DNA of 38,505 nucleotides from assembly GCA_016839705.1 (NCBI GenBank), contig JAEOTR010000038.1:1-38505 (forward strand), given 5' to 3'. Positions 18,160 to 28,302 of this stretch are shown here, one piece after another (position 1 is the stretch's first letter; each line of letters begins with the position of its first letter). A program made the translations under genes and the position numbers. The notes beneath the pieces are model-generated. The model did no database searches, had not been told where the DNA came from, and was given only the letters and a program-made list of their open reading frames with translations. Source of the stretch: Promethearchaeota archaeon (GTDB taxonomy: Archaea; Asgardarchaeota; Lokiarchaeia; Sigyniarchaeales; SOKP01).

Positions 18160-18900
18160 GTGATTTTAAGAGTACTCTATAAACAAAGGCAGATTAAAAT
18201 TTCGACTCAAAAAAACTCAAGAAAGTGGTACATACTCCTTTTGATCTTATTTATATCATTGGGGGCAGTTATCTATAATATTATTAACATATTGATTCTA
18301 TTTGATATGCGTGAATTTGATAGTCATAGGAGTTATACTGTTAATTATAGTCAAGGTTCTGGATATCTAAATGTAGATTTTAAAATAACTCATGATAGAG
18401 AGTATGATTTTCAAGCTGAATTAATCTTGCGAACAACAACCACTGGAAATGTAGAAGAAATAGGAATAACAAATTATCAATTTGAGGTTAATGTGGATGA
18501 AGAATTTAGATTAACCAGACAAGAAAGTTATGTTAATCCATTAATTTCTCATAGGGAAACATTTCTTATTGCTGGCATCTACAGAGACAGTCTTACTATA
18601 TGTGAGGGTGATGTTGATGTACAATTCAATGTTAATGAGGTTGTGCAAAATGAAACAATTAATTTCGAAATAGCAATTCGGATGCCCATTGATCCCGCCC
18701 TAAGATTTTTTGAGCATGATGTATTAGGAGTATGGATTGAAGTTATTCTTTTCATCGTATTAGGAGTACTTATCATTTCTATTTCAAAAGTAATCAAAAA
18801 GGTACGATATGAAGTAGTGTACCCAGAAAAGGAGAAGAAAAGGGATAACGAGTTTTGGAATTTTATTGAGAAAAAAGCAGAAAAACAAAAGCAAGAATGA
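18160..18900 (+). CDS. Hypothetical membrane protein (TM, beta-rich extracellular domain, TM, charged tail); true start uncertain
   Basis: Two hydrophobic helices enclosing a beta-strand-like region with NxS/T sequons (NYS, NET). Confidence 0.75.
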   Translation: MILRVLYKQRQIKISTQKNSRKWYILLLILFISLGAVIYNIINILILFDMREFDSHRSYTVNYSQGSGYLNVDFKITHDREYDFQAELILRTTTTGNVEEIGITNYQFEVNVDEEFRLTRQESYVNPLISHRETFLIAGIYRDSLTICEGDVDVQFNVNEVVQNETINFEIAIRMPIDPALRFFEHDVLGVWIEVILFIVLGVLIISISKVIKKVRYEVVYPEKEKKRDNEFWNFIEKKAEKQKQE

Positions 18901-18951
18901 GTTTATGAAAGTTTCAATCATGTATCAGAGTGTAGCCACCTTAAGGAGAAC

Positions 18952-19080
18952 TCTCTAGATAATAATCCTTTTCATGGTGCTAGTTGAATTGATATTTTAG
19001 GAAATATCACTCACTAAGAGAGAATTAATAGCGCCAATGTAATGAACACTTTCGATTATTCATTACCTCTTCTCTACCTT
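18952..19080. repeat. Degenerate ~130-bp direct repeat, copy B
   Basis: See copy A. Shared blocks TTGAATTGAT, CTCACT, CCAATGYAATGAACAC, TCTTCTCTACCTT. Confidence 0.8.
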
Positions 19081-19149
19081 CCTACCTTTTGCTTTTACCT
19101 ACCTGAAAATTGATTATAATAATATATAAAAGAAAATATTAAATTAATT

Positions 19150-22100
19150 TTAAGATACAGCTATTAAACTTTCTTCAGAAGTGTAGATAGTAATGCTGTC
19201 GACAATGAGGAGCCATTTAAATCTTATTACGATGTCAGTTGTAGTACTATTAACAAATCCGTTTAAAATTATTCCTTCACCAGAATAAAGAGTAGTGTTA
19301 ATTAACGTAAAATTAATGCCTGAGTATAATCCATAGGTGAAAGTGGCATTTTCCAATGGATATAAACTAGGTGAAACTTCAATAGAGAAATCTCCACCTC
19401 CTTCTCTGTATAGCGATAGATTTACTTGTACATTATGTCCCGGTGCTGAAAGAGTATCATTAAAGTTTTCGAGTTCTATTCTAAAACTAGCAAGATCGTC
19501 AGGTAAAATAATTGAATTCTCCATATTAAACACGTAAGTAATAGGGACTATTTCGACATCTATTATTAGAGTGTTTGAAGTTTTATTTCCAAATTCATTA
19601 GTTGCTTCTACGTAAAATTCATATAATCCTGTTCCCAATTCTGAGACTGAATAAGTAGTTTGCGAACTTGGTAAATCTGTTGCGAGCAAAGTATTATTTC
19701 TATAAACTGAATATGTTTCAGCTAATAAGGATTGAGTCCAATTCAATGCAAAATCACCGTCAATATCTGGACTGCCTGCATCAGATGTCAGGGTAAATGC
19801 ACCTGGTTCAATGTTTCCCAATTGATTATAAGCATCATAAGCTTCTGACCCATAGCCTACTTTCCTGGTGAAAGCTTCCACAAATCCTGCTAATTTCAGT
19901 TGTTGTAATCCCCCAACTGAACTATAAGTTGGAATGTAATAATAAACTGAACCTCCAAGAGGATATAAAAGCGTATTACCCATTCTAGCACCCGAAATCA
20001 AGGAAATTTGTTGGGTTGCTTCCGTTTCATAGGTGTCTCTTGCTGTTTTAGGACCAATCAAGTTTTCAGTTGCGTTTCTAGTATGATAAAATATAGCTTC
20101 CCCAAAATTTGTCCCATGCCGAATAACATACATTCCTGCTAAAGTTCTTGCTTCTATCCCTTGATATTCTACTAGATCTAATCCTACGTATTCTATCCCA
20201 TCTCCGAGATTTGTTTCGATATAGAAGAGATCTCCGCGTTCTGGTCTTTCGTGAAAATCATCTCCTCTTTTCCATGTTGTTAAATCCTGAACGTGATATT
20301 TGTAATTTGCTTTTAACTGTAATTCAAATAAGGTTTCAGGATATCTCAATTGGTTTTTTAACCAAAGTGGAGCAACTTGCCAATCGTAAATTTTCGTGTA
20401 ATATTCCCAAAGAGGATATGTCGGATCTAAGCTTGCATCAATTCCTTCTAAATTGGGATTTTCATAAAATTTCATCACACCGGTTTTTACATCAATTAAA
20501 CTAATTCCTAAAAATCTTAATATGGGAGAATTAGCATATGATCCAATATTTATTGTTGTGAAAATTGAAACTGCATAATACATCTTTTCTTCTTGACTGT
20601 CAAAAACTAAATATGGATCATAATCTATACTTAATTGAGGTAAAAGTATGTTTGCTACACGTTTTTTCACATTTCTATTAATTAAAAATTCTTTATTACC
20701 GCCCTCAAAAACATAACCCCACAATCCTAAATTTAGTGTGTACCAAAATGCATCTAAACCGGCTAATGTCCCGTCTGGCTCACCCACATCATTATAAACA
20801 TACTTATTATTAGTAATTCCTTTACTCCAATTAGTACCAAGAAGGATAGAATTATCGTAAGCCCCTAAACTTCCACCGGATTCATGCTGTTCTAAAAATT
20901 TCTGGCTTTCAGATTCACCGAAAAATATTGGATAATCATCAGGAACATTAAAAATAGAACTTACATTAACTAATTCTCCTGTGAATGTGTCTAAGGCTAA
21001 AAAACCTTCAACATGATCATACAATTCAGTATTAGTTCTAACAGGATCTCCCGAAAATTGAGATAATCTAACAGTTTTCGGTGCAACCCAATATTCTGTT
21101 CCATTTATATAAACAATATCTGAATCTGCTAATCCCTCAAATGTGGTGCCTATTTTCGCCGCTAAACTTTGCACTGCAAAATCTTGATCAAATTGTCTTA
21201 TACGTGAGATCATTTGAGTATCATTTTCAGGATTGGATGATTGCGTAAAGTCATCAATAGAACGCTCTTCAAACATGTCCAATCCTGCACACTCTCGGGT
21301 CCATAAAATTTCTCTTTCGATTTTCTTTGTCCATTGATATTCAGAATATACTGAAGTATTACTTAATGTTATAGCTGGACCTATACTAAAAAGCATCGGT
21401 ATTAAAATGACAATAATAACGGCTGTTGCTAGTATTCCCATCCTTATTCTTCGAGGATTTATTGTCATCCTATTTGTAGGATTTCGTGCTAATTTAATGC
21501 GTCCAAGAATAAATACTAAAATACCCAAAGCTAAGAGAATAAAAAATGCTAAAATTAGAGACCACATTTGTATTACTTGGATTCCGTCTAAAGCGTAAGC
21601 AGGTAAAGAAAAAAATACCAATCCCAAAACTAAACCACCTATTACTAAGCCATTTCCTGCGATATTGTAGTCATTTCTTCTCAAATAATAGTTGCTTGCT
21701 ATGTTAAGGGCCAACCTGAATATAAGAACTCCGAAAATAAAGTAAATTAGAGGCAAATATAATCGAGTATAAACAAAAATAAATTCGATATTCATGCTGT
21801 TATAATTTAAAAGTACATCAAGGGCATCTGTGAAAATTGTAAGTGGTGACAAGGTAATTTCTCCTCTTTCATATAAAAATAAAACCCAAGAAAATTGACC
21901 ATCAAAATCCAGCGCCATACCTATGAAATAGAATAAGATAAAACCTACGGTCCACCAGAAAATTAATGATTTTATCCTAGATGGTTTTCCAAATTTTAAT
22001 CGAGTTCCTATAATTGTCAAAAGATTTTGATTGGGTGGCACACTCATTATTATACAACCAATTATAGCCCCAGTCAAAGCTGTTTTATTGAAAAAGAAAT

Positions 22101-22473
22101 TAATCGACCAAAAATTTAGAAAGTAAAAATCATAAAAATTCAACCCCCCTGCTTTGTTTTGGTAGAGTTGATAATTTAAATTGAGTGGACCAAACCATGC
22201 AGGCCAAAACCAGAAGAAGGATAAAAGTACAAGGATTACCACAACAACGGGAATAATAATCTTAAGATATTTTTTCACTCGGGGTTTATTTTTAAACCAG
22301 TTAGACTCCAGAATCTTTTTACGAGGCGGTTTTCTAGGACTTTCAATCGTATCAAGCTCTCCTCGCTCTAAGAGTTTTACTTTCTGTTGTAGTTCATATT
22401 TCCGATTAGCTTCTTGACAGTCTTCGCAATAATAATTAAATTTTTCATGCTTTTCACAAGACTTTTTTACCAT
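19150..22473 (-). CDS. UPF0182 (COG1615) family membrane protein with N-terminal Zn finger and C-terminal FN3/Ig-like domains
   Basis: About 8 TMs followed by 'IEREILWTR..GL', 'PIFFGE', 'RNVKKRVANILLP..DYDPYLV', 'QLRYPETLFELQ..YHVQD', 'MGNTLLYPLGGSVYYYIPTY'. N-terminal CxxH-x6-CxxC. Confidence 0.85.
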   Translation of the reverse strand: MVKKSCEKHEKFNYYCEDCQEANRKYELQQKVKLLERGELDTIESPRKPPRKKILESNWFKNKPRVKKYLKIIIPVVVVILVLLSFFWFWPAWFGPLNLNYQLYQNKAGGLNFYDFYFLNFWSINFFFNKTALTGAIIGCIIMSVPPNQNLLTIIGTRLKFGKPSRIKSLIFWWTVGFILFYFIGMALDFDGQFSWVLFLYERGEITLSPLTIFTDALDVLLNYNSMNIEFIFVYTRLYLPLIYFIFGVLIFRLALNIASNYYLRRNDYNIAGNGLVIGGLVLGLVFFSLPAYALDGIQVIQMWSLILAFFILLALGILVFILGRIKLARNPTNRMTINPRRIRMGILATAVIIVILIPMLFSIGPAITLSNTSVYSEYQWTKKIEREILWTRECAGLDMFEERSIDDFTQSSNPENDTQMISRIRQFDQDFAVQSLAAKIGTTFEGLADSDIVYINGTEYWVAPKTVRLSQFSGDPVRTNTELYDHVEGFLALDTFTGELVNVSSIFNVPDDYPIFFGESESQKFLEQHESGGSLGAYDNSILLGTNWSKGITNNKYVYNDVGEPDGTLAGLDAFWYTLNLGLWGYVFEGGNKEFLINRNVKKRVANILLPQLSIDYDPYLVFDSQEEKMYYAVSIFTTINIGSYANSPILRFLGISLIDVKTGVMKFYENPNLEGIDASLDPTYPLWEYYTKIYDWQVAPLWLKNQLRYPETLFELQLKANYKYHVQDLTTWKRGDDFHERPERGDLFYIETNLGDGIEYVGLDLVEYQGIEARTLAGMYVIRHGTNFGEAIFYHTRNATENLIGPKTARDTYETEATQQISLISGARMGNTLLYPLGGSVYYYIPTYSSVGGLQQLKLAGFVEAFTRKVGYGSEAYDAYNQLGNIEPGAFTLTSDAGSPDIDGDFALNWTQSLLAETYSVYRNNTLLATDLPSSQTTYSVSELGTGLYEFYVEATNEFGNKTSNTLIIDVEIVPITYVFNMENSIILPDDLASFRIELENFNDTLSAPGHNVQVNLSLYREGGGDFSIEVSPSLYPLENATFTYGLYSGINFTLINTTLYSGEGIILNGFVNSTTTDIVIRFKWLLIVDSITIYTSEESLIAVS

Positions 22474-22598
22474 ACTAAATCATCTTTTTCCAAATAATAA
22501 TGAAGTTTAATTTTCTCAAATTTTTCTCTGAGGTAATTCACATATATAAAGATAAAATAGTATAAAAACTAATAGTAAATTGATTATAAATGAAAACT

Positions 22599-24878
22599 TC
22601 AATCTGATGATCTGTCAATTGGGTTGAAAATCCTTTTCTTAATCAATTCTTTGATAATCTCAAAATCTTTTGGAGTACAAACATTCTCAGGAAGAAGGTA
22701 GATTGAATAAAAGTAGTTTAAATTGTTATCATGCATAAGATCCGATGCTTTTTTAATCATATCTCTCTCGGATTGAGTTAGTTTCATTTTTAAAGAATAA
22801 TCAATGGTCAGAGGATATAAAAATGATAAATCTAGATGTTCTTCTAGTAGATCCTTTATTCCTTGAAATTCTCCGAGATTTCCTTGGAATTCATCAAATA
22901 AGCCCCCATAATGATGATAAATATTATAAGCCAGTGATTCAAGTGTATAAAGAAAATTCTTGGAGGGACTTTCCTTCATGATAACTATTAACCTTAAATT
23001 AACAAATTCTGTCATCAGCAAGATTGACTTTTGATACTCAATTTTAAAGGTTCGAGACTCCTTAGCTCTCCCTAGTATTTCACTACCGAAGTTTTGGATC
23101 GCCTGAAGAAAACCTGATATTAATGTAGGATCAACATCCTTATCCGCAAATGCCTCTGAATATACATCAATACCAGACTTCTTGTGTAAAACAATTATAT
23201 ATTCGATATCCATTATCTCGGAACATTTTTCTAAGAGAAGTTTTAGTTTATCTCTATGCCTTGTTTGGACCTTCTTAATTGTGGCATAGCTAGAACCTCC
23301 TAGCACAACCCCTCCAATTACAACAAACCCCACTATAAGAAAAATCACTAAGAAATCCGGAGGTTGATTTGAAGACGATATGGGAGATAGTGAGAAAACT
23401 TGCGTTTTAATCCCGGCATCAGTTTGGTTATACCAATATATGTAGGCAATATAATTACCTTTAAGGATATTGGGTGGAATTTCATAAGTAAATCTATTAA
23501 TTTCAGTAGGAAGGTTAATAACCTGTTGGTGTAATTCAATCCCTTCATCATCTCTTAATACAAATTTATAAGTTCCTTCCAGAATTGGATCTGCTATAGA
23601 CAAACGTAACTGTTGGCCCCCAATCCATTCAGTTTCAATTATTTTAAGACTAAAGGGCACACTTGGTGAATTTGCTGTGATTTCCCAATCTGCTCCGTGT
23701 TCAATTGTATGATTTGGAATCAAAACTTTATTATTTAATGAATCAATGACAACATCGGAGGAAATATTTTGTTGATTTTTGAATATTGAGATATTAGACC
23801 AACTACTTGAATAATCAAATTTAATAGAATCATTAATTGAATATCTTTCAATCGAGGGGGTAATTCTCCATAGATTCCATGAATTGTAATTAATTTGCAA
23901 TATACTGGGAGCTCTAAAATCACTGAGAATGTTTAAATTATAGCTTAAATTGAAGTTTAAGCTTTCAGTTTTATTGTTTTTGATCTTCACTTGTACATTT
24001 TTATTATTTGGATGATAATTTAAATTCGATTTTTTAAGATATCCCTTTCCAGGATGATTACCATTTGCTATTTCATATGAATTACCGTTGAATTCTGCGG
24101 TCATATTGATTTCTTCTGGGAAAAAAGTGTCATTTACTTTTTGGATAATTTTATAAAGAAGTGAAGTTCCTTGTATTCCTCCCCCCCATGAGCCCGCATT
24201 ATATTCTGAGATATTTAATTCAGGATATGTTGGATTAATATTATTGAAATACCAATAATACGTAGATTTTGGACTTGTACCTATTGAACTCCCATCTATT
24301 ACAAGATAATAGAACCCTTCAGTAATATAGATAGGTGTGGAAAAAGTTTGTATATGCCATGATGGTATAAGAGAATACGACATATTCAATAGATGAGGTG
24401 TTCCATAAACCGCGTTATTTGGGGAATAAGTATTATTATCGTGTCCATGAATTTCAACATATATCGGCTTGTTTTCAGTGGATTCATTATTCCCATAAAT
24501 TTGCAAACCATAAACAATAGTAGGATCTTGTATTACAATTTGTACTCCATAACCATCATGAAATTTATCAATTGAATATTTATCAATCGGGATATCTTCA
24601 ACTGTCTTTAATTCTAAGCCAAATTCAACATCTGTAAAATTTAATTCTATATCATTTATTCTCCATAAAGAAGAAGGTAATTCAAAATCTAAAGTGGTGG
24701 TATTACTTAAGATACCAGTACTTGTCGAAAATTCCGTCAACTCAAAATCGGTATCAATATCTAAAGAAAACTCACTACTTGTTGATACCCCAATATTCAT
24801 ATTTTGAAATAGAAATAAGATTAATGTAAAAAATAGGAAGACATATAACAGTTTTTTAGATGATTTGGCTGGATTCAT
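22599..24878 (-). CDS. Type I membrane protein: large extracellular beta domain, one TM, cytoplasmic longin-like domain
   Basis: Signal peptide, many NxS/T sequons, TM 'FLVIFLIVGFVVIGGVVLGG', then 'IEYIIVLHKKSGIDVYSEAF..DPTLISGFLQAIQNFGSEI..FKIEYQKSILLMTEF..LRLIVIM'. Confidence 0.75.
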   Translation of the reverse strand: MNPAKSSKKLLYVFLFFTLILFLFQNMNIGVSTSSEFSLDIDTDFELTEFSTSTGILSNTTTLDFELPSSLWRINDIELNFTDVEFGLELKTVEDIPIDKYSIDKFHDGYGVQIVIQDPTIVYGLQIYGNNESTENKPIYVEIHGHDNNTYSPNNAVYGTPHLLNMSYSLIPSWHIQTFSTPIYITEGFYYLVIDGSSIGTSPKSTYYWYFNNINPTYPELNISEYNAGSWGGGIQGTSLLYKIIQKVNDTFFPEEINMTAEFNGNSYEIANGNHPGKGYLKKSNLNYHPNNKNVQVKIKNNKTESLNFNLSYNLNILSDFRAPSILQINYNSWNLWRITPSIERYSINDSIKFDYSSSWSNISIFKNQQNISSDVVIDSLNNKVLIPNHTIEHGADWEITANSPSVPFSLKIIETEWIGGQQLRLSIADPILEGTYKFVLRDDEGIELHQQVINLPTEINRFTYEIPPNILKGNYIAYIYWYNQTDAGIKTQVFSLSPISSSNQPPDFLVIFLIVGFVVIGGVVLGGSSYATIKKVQTRHRDKLKLLLEKCSEIMDIEYIIVLHKKSGIDVYSEAFADKDVDPTLISGFLQAIQNFGSEILGRAKESRTFKIEYQKSILLMTEFVNLRLIVIMKESPSKNFLYTLESLAYNIYHHYGGLFDEFQGNLGEFQGIKDLLEEHLDLSFLYPLTIDYSLKMKLTQSERDMIKKASDLMHDNNLNYFYSIYLLPENVCTPKDFEIIKELIKKRIFNPIDRSSD

Positions 24879-25094
24879 TATTTAATAGCAATTGATTTCT
24901 AATTCTAATACTACCCATTTTAATTAAAAAACCTTTTGTTTTTAAAATGATAAAAACATAATTTGCTATACAAGAAATTTCGACCGTAGAATAAGAATTA
25001 CCTTGTAAAGCTTCCCAAATTCAAAACTAAGTTTTGTAATGAATTTATGTAGATAATAACGATTCAAATAATTTTAGGGTGAAAAGAAATGGTT

Positions 25095-25988
25095 TTACAA
25101 ATTTCTAAATTCATTCCCGGTAACACCCCAAGTTCTTAGAATCCTTTCAGCATTTGAAACAATATTCTCAATAAATTCTTTAATCGATGTTTCCTCATTC
25201 ACATGACCGACAGCCATCGAACCTACTGGAGAGTCCCGTAATTCAAGATGGAAAATTTTCTTATAAAATTTTTCATCAAATATATCTTGGTACAATACTT
25301 GCTTCTTCCAAGCCTCTGAAGCGGGACTTTCTTTTGTTGCCATAATAGCACTTCCAAAACAAACAGCATCAGCACCCATCGCCAGAGCCGCTAGAAATCC
25401 GCGCGCATCGCCTATGCCTCCTGCGGCGATTAAAGGAACTTTTATGAGTTTTCTAGCCATTGTCATATTAACAAGTGTAGTATTCTGATTTGGATTTTTG
25501 AATCCAGTACCCTCTAAACCTACAATGGTCACTGCATCCGCACCCGCTCTCTCTGCTGAAATAGCGTGTTTTACTGTAGCACTCTTATGAAACCACACTC
25601 CCCCTGCATCGTGTACTTTTTTACCAATCCTTGCTGCTTTATAAGCAGAAGTAGTAATTACCTTGACTCCTTCTTCTAAGGCAATATCAACAAAATCAAA
25701 ATATGATTCCTCAGATTGAACTCGTCCTCCGCTTTGTCTAACTTGGGGAGGCCAAACTGTATAATTTACCCCAAAAGGTTTGTTTGTTAATTTTTTCATT
25801 TTTTTAATTTCATCATAAAATTCATCAGAAGTTCTAAAATTTAAAGCAGTAATGATTCCCAAACCACCGGCATTTGAAAATGCTGCTGCAAATTCAGCTT
25901 TTCCTATGATGGCAAAAGCACCCATTATAATAGGGTATTGGGTATTCATCATTTTGGTTATTCTGGTATTCCAAATCATTTTTATCAC
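25095..25988 (-). CDS. Nitronate monooxygenase / FabK-like FMN protein (paralog 4; His replaced)
   Basis: NTRITKMMNTQYPIIMG, AFSNAGGLG, TNKPFGVN, GLEGTGF, PLIAAGGIGDARG, AVCFGS. Confidence 0.88.
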   Translation of the reverse strand: MIKMIWNTRITKMMNTQYPIIMGAFAIIGKAEFAAAFSNAGGLGIITALNFRTSDEFYDEIKKMKKLTNKPFGVNYTVWPPQVRQSGGRVQSEESYFDFVDIALEEGVKVITTSAYKAARIGKKVHDAGGVWFHKSATVKHAISAERAGADAVTIVGLEGTGFKNPNQNTTLVNMTMARKLIKVPLIAAGGIGDARGFLAALAMGADAVCFGSAIMATKESPASEAWKKQVLYQDIFDEKFYKKIFHLELRDSPVGSMAVGHVNEETSIKEFIENIVSNAERILRTWGVTGNEFRNL

Positions 25989-26050
25989 GCTGAAAGAGTA
26001 ATTTTTGTATGTTAATAAAAAATGATATTTATTCTTTATGAAATATTTTT

Positions 26051-26983
26051 CTACTGTCCTGAAATTGAATCAACGTTCCTAAAAATGTTCTTTAGTTTTG
26101 TTACATCACTCTCAGGAAGTGAAGGTCTTAAAATTGAATCAATGTTAGCTTTCATATGTTCAATCTTTCCTGTACCTGAAATAATAACATCTGTTCCTAG
26201 TTCATCGCGACAGAATCGATAGGCTGCATCAACCAAATTAATTGCCCCTTTCTTATGCATAAGAAATCCTAAAGGATTTGCTTGATCAATATCAGAGGGA
26301 TTTAATTGTTCTTTTTCGATTAATTCATTAATACATTCAGCAAGTCTTTTTAGTCTGCTAAGAGCAAGGCGTACGGCAAACATTATTAAAACCCCGATGT
26401 TTTTTTCGATAGTTTTTGGAAAAACATTATACCGTGCTGACTGGTTTAAAATATTAAATCCAACCATCATGACGTCCCAAACATCATCTTGTAACGCTCT
26501 TTCTAGCATAGAATGGTTTGAATCTGCATTAAATCGCTCAGTGATCCCTAAATAGCGTATTTTACCTTGATCTCGCATTTCAAGAAGTGTCGGTACAACG
26601 TCTGAAAGTAAATATTCATAATCTTGTAAGATTACTCCATGAAGATGATAAATATCAATATAATCCGTACCAAGGTTTTTGAGGCTTCTTTCAAGACTGT
26701 TCACAACATCTTTTGGTTTTATAGTGCCCCAGGTCGATTTTTTTGTTGAAATTATTAAAGTTTCACGCTCATAATCTTTAATTACTCTCCCAACAATACT
26801 CTCAGTTCGATAAACTTCTGCAGTGTCAATGAAATTAATACCTGATTTTAGAGCATGTTTGATAATAGCTACAGAGTCTTCTTCACTAATGCCTGTACTT
26901 TGCCCAATACGGCTGGGACCGCCACAGCCCACTCCCATAACACTTACTTTTAATCCAGTACGACCGAGTGTAGTATATTTCAT
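26051..26983 (-). CDS. Aldo/keto reductase
   Basis: MKYTTLGRTGLKVS, GINFIDTAEVY (D,Y), ISTK (K), SLKNLGTDYIDIYHLH (H), GKIRYLG. Confidence 0.92.
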   Translation of the reverse strand: MKYTTLGRTGLKVSVMGVGCGGPSRIGQSTGISEEDSVAIIKHALKSGINFIDTAEVYRTESIVGRVIKDYERETLIISTKKSTWGTIKPKDVVNSLERSLKNLGTDYIDIYHLHGVILQDYEYLLSDVVPTLLEMRDQGKIRYLGITERFNADSNHSMLERALQDDVWDVMMVGFNILNQSARYNVFPKTIEKNIGVLIMFAVRLALSRLKRLAECINELIEKEQLNPSDIDQANPLGFLMHKKGAINLVDAAYRFCRDELGTDVIISGTGKIEHMKANIDSILRPSLPESDVTKLKNIFRNVDSISGQ

Positions 26984-27079
26984 TCTAAAACCTGTTTAAA
27001 ATATATTGTTTATCATAAAATTAATTAAACATTTTAAATTTTAGATTTTACAGATAAATTAAATTTAGAGCTGATTTAA

Positions 27080-28300
27080 ATGCAAGGACAAGTACATTTT
27101 GAAGATTTAAATTTCGAATATGGATACTCCTGTATGCCCGATAGATTACATTATTTTTCTAAAGAAGAAAACGATTTTCGGATGGAAGTTCGTAAATGGT
27201 GCAAAGATAACATTGAACCTGTTGCCAATAAGATAGATCGGGAACGAAATAAAGATCTAGCGGTAGATACGGTCAAAAAAATGAAACCTTATTTAAACAT
27301 ATTAATTCCCGAAGAGTTAGGGGGTTTGGGTAAAGGAGTTCTATTCCGTGCAATATTTGGTGAAGAATTAACTGCGTTTAATTATGCTATAGCTACCATT
27401 TTTGGTGCGTCATCATGCTTATTTGCCGCTCCTATTATTGAATATGGAACACCTGAACAAAAAGAAAAATATTTATCAGGAATAGCCGATGGTACCAAAT
27501 TAGGAGCAATTGGTATTACTGAACCTACTGGAGGGTCTGACGCCGTTGGAGGAATGAATTTACGAGCGAAACGTGATGGAGATTATTACATCTTAAATGG
27601 AGAAAAATGCTTTATAACTAATGGGAGTTATGCGGATTATATCACTTTATATGCAGTAACTAATGATCAGGTGAGAAGACATCAAGGAATATCAGCATTC
27701 ATCTTTGAAACAGATACTCCAGGATTTGAGGTGTTGAAAGATTATACCTATATGGGACGTAGAGGCATGCCGAATTCTCATCTTCGTTTTGATAATTGTA
27801 AAGTTCCTGCCGAAAATTTACTTTATAAGGAAAATGAAGGTGTAGAGGTGTTAATGTTTGGCCTTGATGGGGAAAGAGTATTTACTGCCTCACAATATCT
27901 TGGATTAGCAAGAAGTGCTTTCGAAGTAGCGTATAAATATGCTCATCAACGTGAGCAATTTGGAAAAACAATCTACTCTTTTGAAGGTATTTCCTTTAAA
28001 CTTAGTGAAATGTTTATGGATTTAGAGTTGAATAGGATCGCCATAGCCCAAATAGCTCGTATGCTTGATGCGGATAAATACTGTCGAGCTACTGTAGCTG
28101 CGGTAAAAGCGCGAATCTCTGATGCCGCAGTTAATATAACAAAAGATGCTGTACAAGTTGTAGGTGGATTAGGTTACTCTGAAGAATACCCGGTTGAAAG
28201 ATATTACAGAGATGCAAAAATAGGACAAATAAGCGCAGGATCAGCAGAAGTAATGAGATTTCTGATTTCAAGAGAAATGATTAGAATGTGGGGTAAGTAG
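27080..28300 (+). CDS. Acyl-CoA dehydrogenase (isovaleryl-CoA/LCAD-type catalytic arrangement)
   Basis: IPEELGGLG, GTPEQKEKYL, ITEPTGGSD, LNGEKCFITNG, GLDGERV, REQFGK, VQVVGGLGY..EYPVERYYRDAK, QISAGSAEV. Confidence 0.95.
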   Translation: MQGQVHFEDLNFEYGYSCMPDRLHYFSKEENDFRMEVRKWCKDNIEPVANKIDRERNKDLAVDTVKKMKPYLNILIPEELGGLGKGVLFRAIFGEELTAFNYAIATIFGASSCLFAAPIIEYGTPEQKEKYLSGIADGTKLGAIGITEPTGGSDAVGGMNLRAKRDGDYYILNGEKCFITNGSYADYITLYAVTNDQVRRHQGISAFIFETDTPGFEVLKDYTYMGRRGMPNSHLRFDNCKVPAENLLYKENEGVEVLMFGLDGERVFTASQYLGLARSAFEVAYKYAHQREQFGKTIYSFEGISFKLSEMFMDLELNRIAIAQIARMLDADKYCRATVAAVKARISDAAVNITKDAVQVVGGLGYSEEYPVERYYRDAKIGQISAGSAEVMRFLISREMIRMWGK

Positions 28301-28302
28301 TT

